A stretch of DNA of 60,278 nucleotides, filler included, from Diploschistes diacapsis (Eukaryota): assembly GCA_023645945.1 (NCBI GenBank). It is 5 parts of 5 records of this genome, joined end to end, with 100 filler letters (N's around TTAATTAATTAA, not from the genome) between each part and the next. Parts side by side here need not be neighbours in the genome. Positions count along the whole stretch, not along the records: positions 1 to 11,993 come from JALAIB010000775.1; 4 more parts are not named here. One strand, 5' to 3'. Position numbers and translations under genes: made by a program. The notes under the pieces were generated by a model. That model was not told the DNA's origin and ran no database searches. It saw only the letters and a program-made list of their open reading frames with translations. Shown piece after piece: positions 1-11,318 of this stretch; positions within the stretch are counted from its first letter, which is position 1, and the number at the start of each line of letters is the position of its first letter.

Positions 1-652
1 CAGAAGAGGGGGGTAAGATTGGTGGGGGTGAGATTTATGGATGAGAGGTAGAGGGAGAAGAGGGAAGGAAGGTGAATTAGGGGATGATGGATGGTTTAAG
101 TAAAATGAAATCGAGATGAGGACGAGGACGATGAGGTTATGTGTGGAAGGAGCTTCGACGTTTTAAGAAGTAAATAAATGGATAAAGGAGTAAGAGAGAC
201 GACTTTGGAGCCACCGATTGGAAGGAAAGGACTGTGGTAAAGAAGTATGTTGCCGTCTTAATAACTTGAAAGGAGACGCTGGTAAAGCAACGATGACTCA
301 CAACAAAAGCATAATACGCTCGAGTGGGAGTGAATCCTACTGCTATACTGTAGATCGAGTACCTGGTCTGGACTGCTTTACTCCGAGATTAAAGCGCTCC
401 GATATCGGAGCACCGCGTGAATCAAAAGGGGTTGGATGTGAACTTGAGCTTTAGATACAGGCTCTACGTTTAATCGTAAGCTATGGAAATTTTTGATTAT
501 TTGTTTTTTTGGTTTCACTCCCTAACCATGCCTATATTCATGATTCATAATACGTTATACGTAGCTTTCTGTAGAAGCGCCTGAACACCACCGTTCCTTA
601 CTCGGTTGTACTGTATAGACTGAGCTTCTGCCCATAGAAATCAAACTGATTC

Positions 653-2395
653 TCACACCCTCTCGACAGCTTCCGCAGCCTTGGTCCGCCCCTCATCATC
701 GTTCTCAAAGCTCGGCCTTCCCCGATCATCCACCGCTCTACCATCACCACCCCTTCCCTCCTTTAACTCCCAGCTCTCAACCCGCCGATGGCCCGTGGTC
801 TCTGGCACGACGCTTGCTCCAATCACGGCCCCATTTTTCGCCGTCGCCACCTGCTTCTGCGACGGCAGATCTGGATCGCTCGCCAACTTCTCGCTGCCCT
901 TAAAGCCGCCCAGCTCGCTCCTGCGCTGTCCCTTAACTTTCCTAAATCGGATACCAAATAGCAGCATGGCTAGTAGAAAGAAAATCCCAGCCACGACAAG
1001 CGCAACAAGGGCACCTATGACGCCAGCGATGACTGGCGACACTTGGTGGCTTGAAGAGCTTCCCGAGTTTGAGGGAAGACCAATGGTACCGTTAGTTGCA
1101 GCGGCGCAGAAAACTGAATTGGATTGGCAGGTCTGGCACCAGTTTCCCACGTCAAGCATCATCACATTCTCGACTGTAGCAACGAATTGGGAGTAGGGCA
1201 TCGATGGTTGTCCTGGTCCGTTGCCGAAAATGGGGTATACGTCGAGGTCATTTGCAGAAAGGTTTGTCGACGCGGTAGTGCCGTTACGGAAGAGGAAGCG
1301 GATGTTGAGATCGTTCATACTGGGATACCAGTCTGAAGGAAGAGGGTTTGGGACGGCGACGGTGCTGTTGGTGTAGAGCTCGAAGGATACCGTGGATGCG
1401 AGGTTAGGCATGCCGAGAAAGTTATCGGAGAGTCTATCCAGGCCAAGGAGAGAAAAGAGGGAGACAAGTGGCTCGTAGGAGGTAAATATGTTGCTGAGCT
1501 TCTGCTCCTGGCCGAAAGTGCGCATATTTTGATGTAGAAGGGAGAGAATGTAGCCAATAAGTGTTTGCCCGCCCATTGTTTGGATGGTGGCTGTGGTGTT
1601 GCCGTAAATAGACCCGGTATAGGCATCAGCCAGATGGCGGGCTTGATCTACAGTAGACTGGGTAATGCCCGAAGAGGCATCATGGATGTACTGATAGGAT
1701 AAGTAGTCCCATATTTCGTAAGCGTTGTTGTACGAAAGGTTCCATGCGAATTGTGTGTTATTCTGCGGTAAGGCTGCTACAAATTCGGGCGCGAGAGACT
1801 GATAGAAGTCATTAGTAGCAGAAACCGTTGGCTCAAAGTCCCGGGATCCTTTGTAGTCATTGATAGATTCCTGAAGGGCGGGGCAATTGTTCATGCCTTC
1901 TAAGTAGATGTCCATGAAGTCGTTGCCGCTTATGGACGAAACGAACGGATATTGCAAGCCATTCACAGGCCAATTCACCGTGGTATTATCGGCCAGGGCC
2001 TGTCCCTGCTGAGTGTCGATGCCGATATCGAAGGAGGTGTCCAGCGGTGGATACAAGCCAGCCATAAAAGCCTGGGTTGACTGATCGATAAAGATCTCAT
2101 ACAAGCTATACGCCAAGGTTTGGAGATTGTCAATCTGGTTCTGCGATATGCCAACGATGGAGTAGTTGCCGGTGGCGTTACTTTGTGTTATGTAGCGTTC
2201 TCGGACTATCTGGCCTGCAGTGTACATCTGCTGCGCTCCGAGCGAGGTGATGACGCTGTAACTGGGGGAGAGCAAGGGGACTCTATCTCCGAAGGTCGAG
2301 ACGGTCACAGCTCCCCATACTGTATCACCCTGCTGAGCGGCGGCAAGCCAGGCATAACTCGCAGCGAGCAAAACGAGGCTGTTCAAAGATATCAT
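653..2395 (-). CDS. Histidine acid phosphatase-family type I membrane protein, probably catalytically inactive
   Basis: Single long ORF; first ATG at 2395 in cacaATG context (the track starts at an upstream GTG). N-terminal hydrophobic signal peptide; WGAVTVSTFGDRVP at the RHGxRxP position; LGAQQMYTAG; C-terminal TM helix VIAGVIGALVALVVAGIFFLLAMLLFG followed by basic RFRK and a cytosolic tail. Confidence 0.8.
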   Translation of the reverse strand: MISLNSLVLLAASYAWLAAAQQGDTVWGAVTVSTFGDRVPLLSPSYSVITSLGAQQMYTAGQIVRERYITQSNATGNYSIVGISQNQIDNLQTLAYSLYEIFIDQSTQAFMAGLYPPLDTSFDIGIDTQQGQALADNTTVNWPVNGLQYPFVSSISGNDFMDIYLEGMNNCPALQESINDYKGSRDFEPTVSATNDFYQSLAPEFVAALPQNNTQFAWNLSYNNAYEIWDYLSYQYIHDASSGITQSTVDQARHLADAYTGSIYGNTTATIQTMGGQTLIGYILSLLHQNMRTFGQEQKLSNIFTSYEPLVSLFSLLGLDRLSDNFLGMPNLASTVSFELYTNSTVAVPNPLPSDWYPSMNDLNIRFLFRNGTTASTNLSANDLDVYPIFGNGPGQPSMPYSQFVATVENVMMLDVGNWCQTCQSNSVFCAAATNGTIGLPSNSGSSSSHQVSPVIAGVIGALVALVVAGIFFLLAMLLFGIRFRKVKGQRRSELGGFKGSEKLASDPDLPSQKQVATAKNGAVIGASVVPETTGHRRVESWELKEGRGGDGRAVDDRGRPSFENDDEGRTKAAEAVERV

Positions 2396-3247
2396 TGTGC
2401 TCACAGTGCTCGGCTCAACGAATGTTAAGATGATGAAGAGAGAAAGATTGCAAAGAGAGAGCCTGAGACTTATTTTTCAACAACTGTAGGTGGCTGGTGT
2501 AGCCTCGCCGGAAGCTGTAAGCTCGAGGTGTTGACCCAGCATGGGAGAATCATGTCTCATTGGTGGCTGGGATAGGGCGGCTGCCATCCGAAAACAGTAA
2601 GGCTTGACCACCTCCTTTGGTCTAGCTCAAAGGGTAGAGACTTGGCAGTGACTGCATAACTGCATAAATGTACGCATAAATATGCTCATAGACATGTGCA
2701 TAAAAATACTTAGCAAGGGATCTATGTCGGCCAAGATCAGATCTGTAGAGAACTGAAGAGAAGCGTACACCTGGGTATATATTCAAGAATAAGAAAGTTT
2801 TTTCGATCAAAAGTCTTTTGAAACCGCTTGATGAGGGCAGCCGGTACTTTTGGGCAAAGCCCAAGACAGTACTACTAAGTTTGGGCCAAAAGATGACTAT
2901 ACCATAGATAGAAGCTCTATTCAACTGAACAGTATGTATGCCCCTTCTCTAAGAAATCTTAAAGCTTGTGCTAGAAAGAAAAACTCTGGAAATGTGGCCT
3001 GGGCGTTGAAAGAGCCCAAGGGAGGAACCCTTTTAAAAGTTACGATGTAGGTAGGCATTACGTACCTGGCACGCTGCAAGCGGAAGAAGAAGGGAATTCA
3101 TGCAATCAGTAAAGCAGATAGAAACAAGACTGGTAATATTCATAAGTCTCGGCATTTGGTACCCAAAAATCGCTTGAACGCTGCAATTAAATCGACAAAT
3201 GACCCATTAGAGGGACTGTCCTTCCTGATGGCCCGCAGACAAATAGG

Positions 3248-4558
3248 CTACCATCGCGGTCGGCCTGTCCCACCTCCCGCGGACGAGCCAAAGTCTCCAC
3301 CCCACCTCTCTCGCTCTATCCTTTCGTCGAAATCCTTCTGTGCCTCATTGTGCGCTAGTTGTCGATCTTCGTCTGCCGACGAGAATGAAAAGCTATCTTC
3401 GGAAGTATTGCCGGCATTATCGTATGAAGTCGGAGGAGGCTGTTGCTCACGGTGTCTCTTGGACCCAGACGATGAAGACGAAGTGTTGGTAGTACCACGT
3501 CGAACGCGATCCCAGGCGCTGCCACTCGGGGCCTCAGAGCTCGAAGACGGAGGGTAGGAAGCTGTTGGGGATGCATCGTTGTAACCATCGAATGGCTGAG
3601 AAGATTGTGTGCTATGGGTTTGGGTTCGTGTTGATGCTTGTTGGCTCGAAAAAGGAGGCGCTCGTCGCGGGTTCGTGGCTTGTGCGCGTGGCATTGGGTA
3701 ATTAGAAGCTTCCGTCCTAGAGATTTCATTTGAGAACGTAGTCTGATCGTAGGCCTTATCCTGGAAGGCTGCCATACTCTGTCCGTCCATTGGGCTGCCG
3801 TCGTCGTACTGTGCACTTTCGCCACCAATAGCCTGCCGATGACCTTTCCATAAGTCGCTTACCTTGGCCTGTCCTTGACCAGAGCTATCTGTTTGCGGAG
3901 CAGGTCGTTGAGGCTTTGTCGCCTTTTGCATATCTTGTGCCCTTTGCTCCTTCGCTGCCTTAGCCAATTCTTGATTGAACCCCTTCAAAAGCGGGTGAGC
4001 AGACATCTCTACGCTCGCAACAGTTGTGGCATAGGACATGGTTACGATCGTCGTAACTAAACCGCCGAAAAGCCCAAAGGCGGTAAATCTTGAGACGCGC
4101 CAGAATGTCCTCGCGAATTCCCCTTTTAGAACCTCCCCAAACCCTGGTATTCGAAGAACGTCAGGATTGAAACTCTCCGGCAATTGGTGAATTGGGAAGT
4201 TGAATGAGCTTCTTGTGTTGTAGGCTCGCCACAGACCTGCGGCGCAGCCAAGTGGAGTTCCATAACTGATAGTTCTGTATTCTTTCGCTGAGATCCGCCC
4301 GAGGGTTTCTGCTTCGACTTGAGTGAGGTTACGCTTCACCAATCCTGACGCCGCCATTTGCGAGTGGAAGATGAACTTAAGGCGACTGTTTTCGGTCCAT
4401 CCGAACAGACCGCCGAGAGGGAAACGTCCTGGGAGCGTAGAAAGATCGAGTTTAGGCGCCTGGTTTCCGCTCAGAGTGTCTCCACCGAAGCCGTCCGTAT
4501 CTGCAGGAGCGTCGTGTGAAAAGTCAGCAGATGAGGAAGGATAGCCCTCGAGAACCAT
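3248..4558 (-). CDS. Hypothetical fungal membrane protein (two hydrophobic segments, disordered C-terminus)
   Basis: 436-aa ORF with ATG in gccATGG context; hydrophobic segments YGTPLGCAAGLW and FGLFGGLVTTIVTMSYA; S/Q-rich tail with SAWDRVRR and AQKDFDERIERER motifs. Function not assignable. Confidence 0.75.
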   Translation of the reverse strand: MVLEGYPSSSADFSHDAPADTDGFGGDTLSGNQAPKLDLSTLPGRFPLGGLFGWTENSRLKFIFHSQMAASGLVKRNLTQVEAETLGRISAKEYRTISYGTPLGCAAGLWRAYNTRSSFNFPIHQLPESFNPDVLRIPGFGEVLKGEFARTFWRVSRFTAFGLFGGLVTTIVTMSYATTVASVEMSAHPLLKGFNQELAKAAKEQRAQDMQKATKPQRPAPQTDSSGQGQAKVSDLWKGHRQAIGGESAQYDDGSPMDGQSMAAFQDKAYDQTTFSNEISRTEASNYPMPRAQATNPRRAPPFSSQQASTRTQTHSTQSSQPFDGYNDASPTASYPPSSSSEAPSGSAWDRVRRGTTNTSSSSSGSKRHREQQPPPTSYDNAGNTSEDSFSFSSADEDRQLAHNEAQKDFDERIERERWGGDFGSSAGGGTGRPRW

Positions 4559-4708
4559 GGCGGATACAACGCGGATGATTGCTGCACTGGGCTGTACCTC
4601 GCATTAAATGATTGAAGGCATTTCCAAAAGAGCAAGGACTATCTCGTCACTATCTCTTTCGGAAAAAGACATCTTCCGAGCCAATCGTCAAAGGACAATA
4701 TTAAATTG

Positions 4709-4843
4709 TTAGCCGGTGATTAGCCGGGCCGAATGATTTATCTACTGAAAATAGTGAGAATATCCCTCCATTTTTTAGAAAAACAATGCATAATATTTCT
4801 ATAAGTACTGTATAAAATATCGGTCCGATTAATCGCCGGTTAA
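4709..4843. mobile_element. Short non-autonomous TIR element (MITE-like), family X copy 1
   Basis: TTAGCCGGTGATTAGCCGGGCCGA (4709-4732) is the inverted complement of TCGGTCCGATTAATCGCCGGTTAA (4820-4843), differing only by transitions; AT-rich interior. Confidence 0.6.
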
Positions 4844-5595
4844 TCGTATTAATCGTCCAAACATGGATCCTCAAGATATCCAAAAACCCCACCATGTATT
4901 ATCCTTTCTATGCCTTTTAGAATACAGACCTGCTGAGAAAACCAAGCTACCCATAGAATCCGCCTTAGCAGCGTTGGGATCTCCTACATCTCGACTGCCA
5001 TTGGTCTGGCAGCACTACGGAGGTAAGCTGGTAAGCATTGCATGTTCAAGCAAACGAAAGAGGCTTCTACCATGCTTCTGTCCCAGCAGCCTGCCGCAAC
5101 TCCTTCGTTGGCTCGAGCTCTGTAGGCTCCCAAGAGGCTGCAATATTCCGGAGTTTTGCGTTTTGTCCCATAATATTCGCTGAGCAAGTGGGGCCATACG
5201 GTGGGGTTTGATGAGAGCAAAAAACTGTGCAACAATCGTGTCACCATGGCTTCGGCTGAGTACCGGCAAACTAGAAATTGCGAGACTGTCACTCGTTCAC
5301 AGGTACTTAGGTAGGGGAAGCACGATCAAAGCGACAATGTGTATTGGCAAATTGTCCATCGTGCGAACCGCCACGAATCCTAGGGAACGAACATCCTCCC
5401 GAAGTTACCCCGAAGACTTCCCAATTTGGGCACCTATGTATTTGTAGAGCATTGAGGACGGCCCATAGATTAGAGCTAGGTATCATGACTTCTTTGCGGC
5501 TTTCATTTTTCTCAACCTTGATTTGTTCTACTGAACGTTCCATCCCTTTCACTTTCGCTTTCCGCTCTTTCTTACTTTTCCTGCATTGTTAAGCT

Positions 5596-8109
5596 ATGGC
5601 TTCTATAAATGTGGAGGAAGTGTTGTCACAGCTTTCTAACTATGATAAGATACGGCTTCTAGCCGGCATAGATTTCTGGCACACCAAGGCATTACCACAG
5701 CATGGAGTCCCTTCACTGAGAATGACCGACGGGCCGAATGGAGCTCGAGGCCCGAGATTCTTTAATGGCGTACCTGCGGCATGCTTTCCTTGTGGAACTG
5801 CGCTCGGCGCGTTATGGGATCAAGATCTTCTCCAACAGGCTGGATATCTGATGGGCGAAGAAACCAAAGCCAAGGGCGCTCATGTCATACTTGGACCTAC
5901 CATCAATATGCAACGGAGTCCTCTTGGAGGCCGTGGTTTTGAGTCTTACTCAGAAGACCCAGTTCTTGCAGGCCTAGCTGCAGCTTCACTCATCAGGGGC
6001 ATACAAAGGACCGGTGTGGCTGCTACGTTGAAGCACTTTGTCTGCAACGACCAGGAGCATGGGAGGATAGCATACGACGCGCTCATTACCGAACGAGCTT
6101 TGCGGGAGATTTACCTTGCACCCTTCCAGATTGCCATCCGTGACAGCGAGCCATTGGCTATAATGACGGCTTACAACAAAGTAAATGGTCTTCACAACAG
6201 TGAGAATCCGAAGATCATGACCGAGACACTCAGGGATGAGTGGGGCTGGGAAGGAGCTATCATGAGCGACTGGTTTGGAACATATTCCACTTCCGACAGT
6301 GTCAACGCAGGGCTCGATCTGGAAATGCCGGGTCCAACAAAATGGCGAGGCGGTATCCTCGAGCATGCTCTGGCTGCGAACAAAGTTAAAATGCAAACAA
6401 TCGACGAGCGAGCACGAAAGGTACTGCAGCTTGTGGATCACTGCGCAAAATCCGGCGTCCCAGAAAATGCCGAAGTCGGCCGACTACCGGACTCGAAAGT
6501 ATCCAGCCTCCTTCGCCGCTGCGCCGCGGAATCTATCGTCCTCCTCAAAAATTTCAAGAAAGTCCTGCCCTTCAGCAAGAAGAAGCCTCTCCTCGTGATC
6601 GGCCCCAATGCGAAATTGGCCAACATCTGCGGCGGTGGGTCTGCGTCGCTTAACCCTTACTACGCCATAACACCTTTCGATGGGATCAAATCCAAAATGC
6701 AGGCGGACGTTTCATACGTACTGGGCTCTTACTCCCACAAAGAGCTCCCATTAATCGGCACACAAGTACGCACCGCACCTGATAGTTCTGCCACCAAGTC
6801 GGGCGTCGTCTTTCGCGCCTACAACGAGCCTCCGTCTGACAAGTCCCGGCGGCCGGTTGACGAGATTACAATCTCAAACACGTACTTTCTTCTCCCCGAT
6901 TATGGATGCCCGGCACTCAAGTCTTCTCTATGGTACGCGACCGTCGACGGCTATTATACCGCCGAGCGTAGCGGTACCTATGAGCTCGGCCTCTGCGTGA
7001 GCGGCACTGCGCAGCTTTTCGTCGATGACAAACTCATAATCGACAACGCTACCAAGCAGAAACAAGGAGAAACTTTCTTCGGCAATGGTACTGTCGAAGT
7101 AAAAGGCACCGTGGCTATGCAAGAGGGCGGGACATACCATATCCACACCACCTTTGCCAGTAGTCCAAGTAGTAAGCTCGAGAAGGCTGGCGTCACTACC
7201 TTCCCCAACGGCGGAATGCGGATAGGAGGCGCGTGGGTGCTAGATCCGGAGGAAGAGGTCCACCGCGCGACAGAAATGGCGAGGGAAGCAGAGCAAGTGG
7301 TTATCTGCGCAGGCCTGAATATGGACTGGGAAAGCGAGGGCGCAGACAGGGAGGACATGAAAATGCCAGGTCACATCGACGCGCTTATTTCGTCGGTCGC
7401 AAAGGTAAATCCTAATGTGGCGGTCGTATTGCAGTCGGGAACGCCGTGCGAGATGCCTTGGCTCGAAGAAGTCGATACATTGGTGCAGGCATGGTACGGT
7501 GGTAATGAGACCGGGAATGCCATTGCGGACGTGCTTTTTGGGGATGTCAATCCTAGCGGAAAACTCCCGTTGACCTTTCCGAAGAGGGTGCAGGATAACC
7601 CTGCGTTTTTGAACTATAGGTGTGAGGGTGGGAGGACGCTGTATGGGGAAGATGTGTACATGGGCTATAGGTGGTACGAGATGCTAGAGAGGGAGGTTGC
7701 CTTCCCGTTTGGGCATGGGCTGTCGTATAGTGAGTTTGGGCTGTCGGGGCTTGAAGTTAGTGTGGGTGAGAGCACACTGACGGTGAAGGTGCAGCTCAAG
7801 AATGTGGGCGAGGTGGACGGGGCGGTGACGGTACAAGTGTATGTTAAGCAGGAGCAGCCGTCAATCCGGAGGCCGCCGAAGGAGCTGAAGGGTTTTGCGA
7901 AGAGGTTTTTAAGGAGGGGAGAGAGTCAGAGCGTCGAGGTGCAAGTTCCATTGAAGTACGCGGCAAGCTACTGGGATGAGGATAGGGATGCGTGGATCAT
8001 GGAGAGAGGTCTGTACGCGGTACTTCTGGGAACAAGCAGTGTGATGGGAAAGGGGTCCTTGGAGGGAACATTCGAGATCAAGGAGACGACTTGGTGGAGG
8101 GGGCTCTGA
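5596..8109 (+). CDS. Glycoside hydrolase family 3 beta-glucosidase with PA14 insert and Fn3-like C-terminal domain; intracellular
   Basis: 837-aa intronless ORF; TDGPNGARG, RSPLGGRGFESYSEDP, KHFVCNDQE, nucleophile motif MSDW, ESEGADR, VNPSGKLPLTFP, FPFGHGLSY, PPKELKGF; no signal peptide. Confidence 0.95.
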   Translation: MASINVEEVLSQLSNYDKIRLLAGIDFWHTKALPQHGVPSLRMTDGPNGARGPRFFNGVPAACFPCGTALGALWDQDLLQQAGYLMGEETKAKGAHVILGPTINMQRSPLGGRGFESYSEDPVLAGLAAASLIRGIQRTGVAATLKHFVCNDQEHGRIAYDALITERALREIYLAPFQIAIRDSEPLAIMTAYNKVNGLHNSENPKIMTETLRDEWGWEGAIMSDWFGTYSTSDSVNAGLDLEMPGPTKWRGGILEHALAANKVKMQTIDERARKVLQLVDHCAKSGVPENAEVGRLPDSKVSSLLRRCAAESIVLLKNFKKVLPFSKKKPLLVIGPNAKLANICGGGSASLNPYYAITPFDGIKSKMQADVSYVLGSYSHKELPLIGTQVRTAPDSSATKSGVVFRAYNEPPSDKSRRPVDEITISNTYFLLPDYGCPALKSSLWYATVDGYYTAERSGTYELGLCVSGTAQLFVDDKLIIDNATKQKQGETFFGNGTVEVKGTVAMQEGGTYHIHTTFASSPSSKLEKAGVTTFPNGGMRIGGAWVLDPEEEVHRATEMAREAEQVVICAGLNMDWESEGADREDMKMPGHIDALISSVAKVNPNVAVVLQSGTPCEMPWLEEVDTLVQAWYGGNETGNAIADVLFGDVNPSGKLPLTFPKRVQDNPAFLNYRCEGGRTLYGEDVYMGYRWYEMLEREVAFPFGHGLSYSEFGLSGLEVSVGESTLTVKVQLKNVGEVDGAVTVQVYVKQEQPSIRRPPKELKGFAKRFLRRGESQSVEVQVPLKYAASYWDEDRDAWIMERGLYAVLLGTSSVMGKGSLEGTFEIKETTWWRGL

Positions 8110-8810
8110 AGAATGTCGATTTAGTTACATAGTTTGATATAGATATTGCACTTGCCCTTTCAGCGCGCCGTTCTCGTCCCCAGTTCCTCTACAGCTCGAT
8201 TCTCGTAAATCAAAGCAAAAAGGTGTTCAAGGTCCTCTGAAGTGCTTTGAACCTATATGTTGCAACCACAAAGGCCGTTGCTCGAGAGGTTCTTCCACCT
8301 CTAGCTGACCCTCTGAGATGGATATTATTGTCAGCGTCGGACTTGATACCGTGTCGTACCGTTCGGACAGCCACTGCTACTTAGCAAGTGGTAATGTTGA
8401 TGGAATTTAGAGAACGGTGTCGTATGAAAGAGACCAATATCACCAAGGTTGTATGTAGTTATGCCTTCAAGGCTGGCCAACGTCATTGTCATGTGAGCGC
8501 CACGACTTGCGGAAATGGCCATCATGCTCCTCGAGTTGACCGCATCCTGAGTTAACGTACAAGTACACTTCCAGTCTGGCCTTTTATTCTTTCACTTCGC
8601 TGTTCCGTTGTTTGTTATGCTGGAAATGATGCTCTGTACAGATGCTACTCGGGACGCGTGTTCTTCTTCCGAACCGCTGTCGTTCCGTCTGTGCGCTCTG
8701 CGCCTTTTTCTACACACTCTCGCTGTTGCTGCCTAGCCGTCCTCCAGACCGGCGGGCTGGCTAACTTACCAGTCCTATGATCTTATCTTGCTGGTAACTC
8801 TATATTCAGC

Positions 8811-11318
8811 ATGGCTTTCCAATTTCATACCTATGGGCCTTCGTGCCGTCTGCGCACTCAGCCCGAGAGGGAGCCAGACCCGGATACTGTGCCCACCCTT
8901 CGTTCGCAGTTCTTCCACTACTCGAGACAGCCCATCGATGAACCACTATCTTCAACGCCTTTCACAGCTGAGCCTGTTGCACGGCCCTTTTCAGTGTTTG
9001 ATAACGAGAGGCTGGAGGACGCCTGGCAGTCGTTTCTGAAGAGCAAAGCGGATGAGAAGCAAGAGAAAAGAAAGAATGGCACGCGTGCGAGTTCGAGACA
9101 TAATGGTGATCCGGAGGCCTTGGCGTCCAAGAGACCGAAAATATCGTCAGACAACGGCAACAATGGAGCACAGGCTCTACAGCTATCACTTGCGCAGGAT
9201 CGCTCTATGCGAAACTCGCGGTTACGAAGGACGAGTCGTCAAGGGCGGCGAGGCCCACGCGAAAATGCAGATTTCCTTGAGGCAAACAAGGATGCGGACA
9301 CAGAGAGCAGCCGAAGTCGCACCCTGTCGCGGCCAAGGTTGGCTCCTAGGATTTCGACGAGCATGGGGAAACCCAAGAAAGAGACTACAGTCGGGTTGTC
9401 ACGTCTCCATGCCGCTGTGTTCCCTGATTTCGATCTGAATCCAATCTATTGGAGCCAAGTGAGCGATGTGGCTCCAATCATGAGGGCAACGTGGTTCTAC
9501 AAGGCGACAATGGAGCCGGTCGAGGCCCCCATTGCCAATCTTTTGGAGAAGGGTTACCAGTACATGAAACCCTGGACGCCGACATACAAGGATGAAGTAT
9601 CGAGTTGTTTAGCAGTTGGACCCGAAGCGGAAATGCGGTTGGTTCACCACCTTGTGCCGGAATCCGAATTCGAAGAAAACCAGGAGGAAGCTGAGGGTAG
9701 CCTATATGCTGACGAAATTACTCTTGAAAAACTTTACAAGGCTCGGGGGTTCCTGAAGAAGTCGACACGCCGAGAGCTGTTCAAGAGTCATCGCAATTTC
9801 AGCGTTATCTATGCCAACTCAAAATCTGCGCAAATCCTTCGACCTAATCAGATACCTTCTGTTAGTCGAGGACGGAGGCCTTTAAAGTTTATTATGAAAG
9901 AGCAAGAGGTTGGAACTGTTGTCGTCCGTGGATTTGATCATCGCATCTGGGACAAAAAGCATCCTCTAAAAGATGTATTTCCACCTAGTCAGTATCGACG
10001 AACGAAGGCGTGTGCTCAGACTCGAGTGTCTGGTCTTTCGGATAGGCGGACCGTCTGCCAAGCGTGTGAGGCCGAGAAGGAAGATCCGAATGTCACTGAT
10101 CTTGTTCTTGTGATCCATGGTATCGGCCAGAAGCTCTCTGAAAAGAGGGAAAGCTTTGCCTTTACGCATGCGATAACGGATTTGCGCCGTGAAATTTCAG
10201 CGTTGCTGCTGTCCGAAGAAGTGCAATCTGTGCTAAGGCCAGACCTAGGGACTATAATGCCCTTACCGATCAACTGGCGAGCGAAACTAAAGGCGGAAGA
10301 GATGTACCAGGACCAAGATTCTGAAGCCAAAGAAGATGATGACGAGAGTTTCTCCCTGGAGGACGTAACGGTCCCTCATATGCTTCAGACGCGCGGGTTC
10401 ATCAACGACGTTTTTGCAGACATACCTTACTACATGTCAAATAGACAAGAGCATATTCTGTCGACTGTCCGGAAGGAAGCAAACCGTGTGTATACCGAGT
10501 GGTGCAAGCACACGCCTGGCTTCCGTGAAAAAGGAAGGGTACACATCATTGCTCATTCACTGGGTAGCGTGATCGCCATGGACATCCTCAGCCAACAGCC
10601 AACGTCTTTAGCCAACCCCGACCTGGAGCCAGAAAAAGGCGTACGCAAGCTCTTCGACTTCGATACCAAAAGCGTCTTCTTCCTCGGCAGCCCACTGGGC
10701 TTCTTCTTCCACCTCCACCACAAGAAACTTGTACCCCGCAAGGGTAGGGAAAGAGAAGGTTCCCCAACACCCGTAAATCCCGAACTCGGCGCCGACGGCG
10801 GCACCTTCGGCAGTCCCGCCGCCGACAACATCTACAACGTTATCCACCCGCACGACCCGGTCTCCTACCGCCTCAACCCCTGCGTCGACGTCAAGTATGC
10901 TGCGAGCCTCAAACCGGCCTTCCTCCCGACCCTCAACATTGGCTGGGTCTCCGGCGTTTTCGGCAAGCGCGTCGTCCCGCTCATGCGCCCGACGACGTCC
11001 GCCCAGATGGCCGCCATGCGCCCGACCGTCGCCAAGCTGCCGTCCAACGTGGAGATGGAGGTGCATGACTTTACGAAGGAGGAGAAGGCGGAGAGCAGGA
11101 TGTATTTGCTGAACGATAACGGTCAGATCGACTGGATGCTCCGTCTGCCCGGTGCGTTCGAGCTGCCGTATTTGAGCGTGCTGTATGCGCACAGTAGCTA
11201 TTGGGGCTCGAAGGATCTTGTGAGGTTCTTGGTCGTGGAGCTGGGGAGGGCGCCAGGGAGGGGGGAGGCCTTACCAGCACTGAGGGCGGCGAAGAGGGGG
11301 CACCAGGCGGATAAGTGA
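8811..11318 (+). CDS. DDL1: DDHD-domain phospholipase A1 (yeast Ddl1-like)
   Basis: LVLVIHGIGQKL, PINWR, DIPYYMS, lipase motif AHSLG, FFLGSPLG, NVIHPHDPVSYRLNP, GQIDWML and AHSSYW. Confidence 0.88.
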   Translation: MAFQFHTYGPSCRLRTQPEREPDPDTVPTLRSQFFHYSRQPIDEPLSSTPFTAEPVARPFSVFDNERLEDAWQSFLKSKADEKQEKRKNGTRASSRHNGDPEALASKRPKISSDNGNNGAQALQLSLAQDRSMRNSRLRRTSRQGRRGPRENADFLEANKDADTESSRSRTLSRPRLAPRISTSMGKPKKETTVGLSRLHAAVFPDFDLNPIYWSQVSDVAPIMRATWFYKATMEPVEAPIANLLEKGYQYMKPWTPTYKDEVSSCLAVGPEAEMRLVHHLVPESEFEENQEEAEGSLYADEITLEKLYKARGFLKKSTRRELFKSHRNFSVIYANSKSAQILRPNQIPSVSRGRRPLKFIMKEQEVGTVVVRGFDHRIWDKKHPLKDVFPPSQYRRTKACAQTRVSGLSDRRTVCQACEAEKEDPNVTDLVLVIHGIGQKLSEKRESFAFTHAITDLRREISALLLSEEVQSVLRPDLGTIMPLPINWRAKLKAEEMYQDQDSEAKEDDDESFSLEDVTVPHMLQTRGFINDVFADIPYYMSNRQEHILSTVRKEANRVYTEWCKHTPGFREKGRVHIIAHSLGSVIAMDILSQQPTSLANPDLEPEKGVRKLFDFDTKSVFFLGSPLGFFFHLHHKKLVPRKGREREGSPTPVNPELGADGGTFGSPAADNIYNVIHPHDPVSYRLNPCVDVKYAASLKPAFLPTLNIGWVSGVFGKRVVPLMRPTTSAQMAAMRPTVAKLPSNVEMEVHDFTKEEKAESRMYLLNDNGQIDWMLRLPGAFELPYLSVLYAHSSYWGSKDLVRFLVVELGRAPGRGEALPALRAAKRGHQADK

